Source: Nemertoderma westbladi
Lineage: Eukaryota; Animalia; Xenacoelomorpha
Direction of reading: 5' to 3'
DNA: 48,960 bases
NCBI GenBank assembly: GCA_032718475.1
Contig: JAUCBJ010009061.1
Location: forward strand, 1 to 48,960
A model generated the notes under the pieces. That model made no database searches. It had not been told where the DNA came from and worked only from the letters and a program-made list of their open reading frames with translations. Below, piece by piece: positions 46,001-48,960 of the stretch; position 1 is the first letter of the stretch; every line of letters starts with the position of its first letter. Made by a program: the position numbers and the translations under genes.

Positions 46001-48960
46001 GCGACCTGTACGTACACAGCACTGGAGGTGTCTCATTAGTGCGACCTGTACGTACACAGCACTGGAGGTGTCTCATTAGTGCGACCTGTACGTACACAGC
46101 ACTGGAGGTGTCTCATTAGTGCGACCTGTACGTACACAGCACTGGAGGTGTCTCATTAGTGCGACCTGTACGTACACAGCACTGGAGGTGTCTCATTAGT
46201 GCGACCTGTACGTACACAGCACTGGAGGTGTCTCATTAGTGCGACCTGTACGTACACAGCACTGGAGGTGTCTCATTAGTGCGACCTGTACGTACACAGC
46301 ACTGGAGGTGTCTCATTAGTGCGACCTGTACGTACACAGCACTGGAGGTGTCTCATTAGTGCGACCTGTACGTACACAGCACTGGAGGTGTCTCATTAGT
46401 GCGACCTGTACGTACACAGCACTGGAGGTGTCTCATTAGTGCGACCTGTACGTACACAGCACTGGAGGTGTCTCATTAGTGCGACCTGTACGTACACAGT
46501 ACTGGAGGTGTCTCATTAGTGCGACCTGTACGTACACAGTACTGGAGGTGTCTCATTAGTGCGACCTGTACGTACACAGCACTGGAGGTGTCTCATTAGT
46601 GCGACCTGTACGTACACAGCACTGGAGGTGTCTCATTAGTGCGACCTGTACGTACACAGTACTGGAGGTGTCTCATTAGTGCGACCTGTACGTACACAGT
46701 ACTGGAGGTGTCTCATTAGTGCGACCTGTACGTACACAGCACTGGAGGTGTCTCATTAGTGCGACCTGTACGTACACAGCACTGGAGGTGTCTCATTAGT
46801 GCGACCTGTACGTACACAGCACTGGAGGTGTCTCATTAGTGCGACCTGTACGTACACAGCACTGGAGGTGTCTCATTAGTGCGACCTGTACGTACACAGC
46901 ACTGGAGGTGTCTCATTAGTGCGACCTGTACGTACACAGCACTGGAGGTGTCTCATTAGTGCGACCTGTACGTACACAGCACTGGAGGTGTCTCATTAGT
47001 GCGACCTGTACGTACACAGCACTGGAGGTGTCTCATTAGTGCGACCTGTACGTACACAGCACTGGAGGTGTCTCATTAGTGCGACCTGTACGTACACAGC
47101 ACTGGAGGTGTCTCATTAGTGCGACCTGTACGTACACAGCACTGGAGGTGTCTCATTAGTGCGACCTGTACGTACACAGCACTGGAGGTGTCTCATTAGT
47201 GCGACCTGTACGTACACAGCACTGGAGGTGTCTCATTAGTGCGACCTGTACGTACACAGCACTGGAGGTGTCTCATTAGTGCGACCTGTACGTACACAGC
47301 ACTGGAGGTGTCTCATTAGTGCGACCTGTACGTACACAGCACTGGAGGTGTCTCATTAGTGCGACCTGTACGTACACAGCACTGGAGGTGTCTCATTAGT
47401 GCGACCTGTACGTACACAGCACTGGAGGTGTCTCATTAGTGCGACCTGTACGTACACAGTACTGGAGGTGTCTCATTAGTGCGACCTGTACGTACACAGC
47501 ACTGGAGGTGTCTCATTAGTGCGACCTGTACGTACACAGCACTGGAGGTGTCTCATTAGTGCGACCTGTACGTACACAGCACTGGAGGTGTCTCATTAGT
47601 GCGACCTGTACGTACACAGTACTGGAGGTGTCTCATTAGTGCGACCTGTACGTACACAGCACTGGAGGTGTCTCATTAGTGCGACCTGTACGTACACAGC
47701 ACTGGAGGTGTCTCATTAGTGCGACCTGTACGTACACAGCACTGGAGGTGTCTCATTAGTGCGACCTGTACGTACACAGCACTGGAGGTGTCTCATTAGT
47801 GCGACCTGTACGTACACAGTACTGGAGGTGTCTCATTAGTGCGACCTGTACGTACACAGCACTGGAGGTGTCTCATTAGTGCGACCTGTACGTACACAGC
47901 ACTGGAGGTGTCTCATTAGTGCGACCTGTACGTACACAGCACTGGAGGTGTCTCATTAGTGCGACCTGTACGTACACAGCACTGGAGGTGTCTCATTAGT
48001 GCGACCTGTACGTACACAGCACTGGAGGTGTCTCATTAGTGCGACCTGTACGTACACAGCACTGGAGGTGTCTCATTAGTGCGACCTGTACGTACACAGT
48101 ACTGGAGGTGTCTCATTAGTGCGACCTGTACGTACACAGCACTGGAGGTGTCTCATTAGTGCGACCTGTACGTACACAGCACTGGAGGTGTCTCATTAGT
48201 GCGACCTGTACGTACACAGCACTGGAGGTGTCTCATTAGTGCGACCTGTACGTACACAGCACTGGAGGTGTCTCATTAGTGCGACCTGTACGTACACAGC
48301 ACTGGAGGTGTCTCATTAGTGCGACCTGTACGTACACAGCACTGGAGGTGTTTCATTAGTGCGACCTGTACGTACACAGTACTGGAGGTGTCTCATTAGT
48401 GCGACCTGTACGTACACAGTACTGGAGGTGTCTCATTAGTGCGACCTGTACGTACACAGCACTGGAGGTGTCTCATTAGTGCGACCTGTACGTACACAGC
48501 ACTGGAGGTGTCTCATTAGTGCGACCTGTACGTACACAGCACTGGAGGTGTTTCATTAGTGCGACCTGTACGTACACAGCACTGGAGGTGTCTCATTAGT
48601 GCGACCTGTACGTACACAGCACTGGAGGTGTCTCATTAGTGCGACCTGTACGTACACAGCACTGGAGGTGTCTCATTAGTGCGACCTGTACGTACACAGC
48701 ACTGGAGGTGTCTCATTAGTGCGACCTGTACGTACACAGTACTGGAGGTGTCTCATTAGGGTGACCTGTACGTACACAGCACTGGAAGTGTCTCATTAGT
48801 GCGACCTGTACGTACACAGCACTGGAGGTGTTTCATTAGTGCGACCTGTACGTACACAGCACTGGAGGTGTTTCATTAGTGCGACCTGTACGTACACAGC
48901 ACTGCTGGAGGTGTCTCATTAGTGCGACCTGTACGTACACAGTACTGGAGGTGTTTCATT
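40024..48960. repeat. 40-bp satellite array, ~220 copies, continuing past the window end
   Basis: Unit gcgacctgtacgtacacagcactggaggtgtctcattagt, with occasional 41- and 43-bp variants and no unique spacers. Confidence 0.98.

Noticed and set aside
40024-48960. CRISPR-like array
   Set aside because: Head-to-tail repeats with no unique spacers, no cas genes and a eukaryotic context.

Overview
Eukaryotic (most likely invertebrate metazoan) repeat-rich DNA. About 35 kb is nested transposable elements, followed by one host gene and about 9 kb of 40-bp satellite. From left to right: RTE-type LINE copies ending in (TAG)n; a decayed IS3-like DDE transposase; a Gypsy RNase H-integrase-3'LTR remnant inside a LINE; a decayed BEL/Pao gag-pol; and a roughly 21-kb structure (13378-34470) with ~845-bp terminal inverted repeats and a TAG target duplication, whose two arms both carry the C-terminal remnant of an Academ-like transposase. 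Nested inside that structure are a tandem two-ORF Penelope-like (Naiad-type) element with minimal hammerhead ribozymes, a young non-autonomous BEL/Pao LTR element (gag-protease only, plus an extra zinc-knuckle ORF before the 3' LTR) and a Mutator-like MITE. After it come a P-element-like excision footprint, a piggyBac-like MITE in a palindromic minisatellite, an intronless DNAJC27/RBJ gene and the satellite array. Family assignments are from motif recognition by eye, with no database searches; coordinates were counted by hand and may be off by a few bases.
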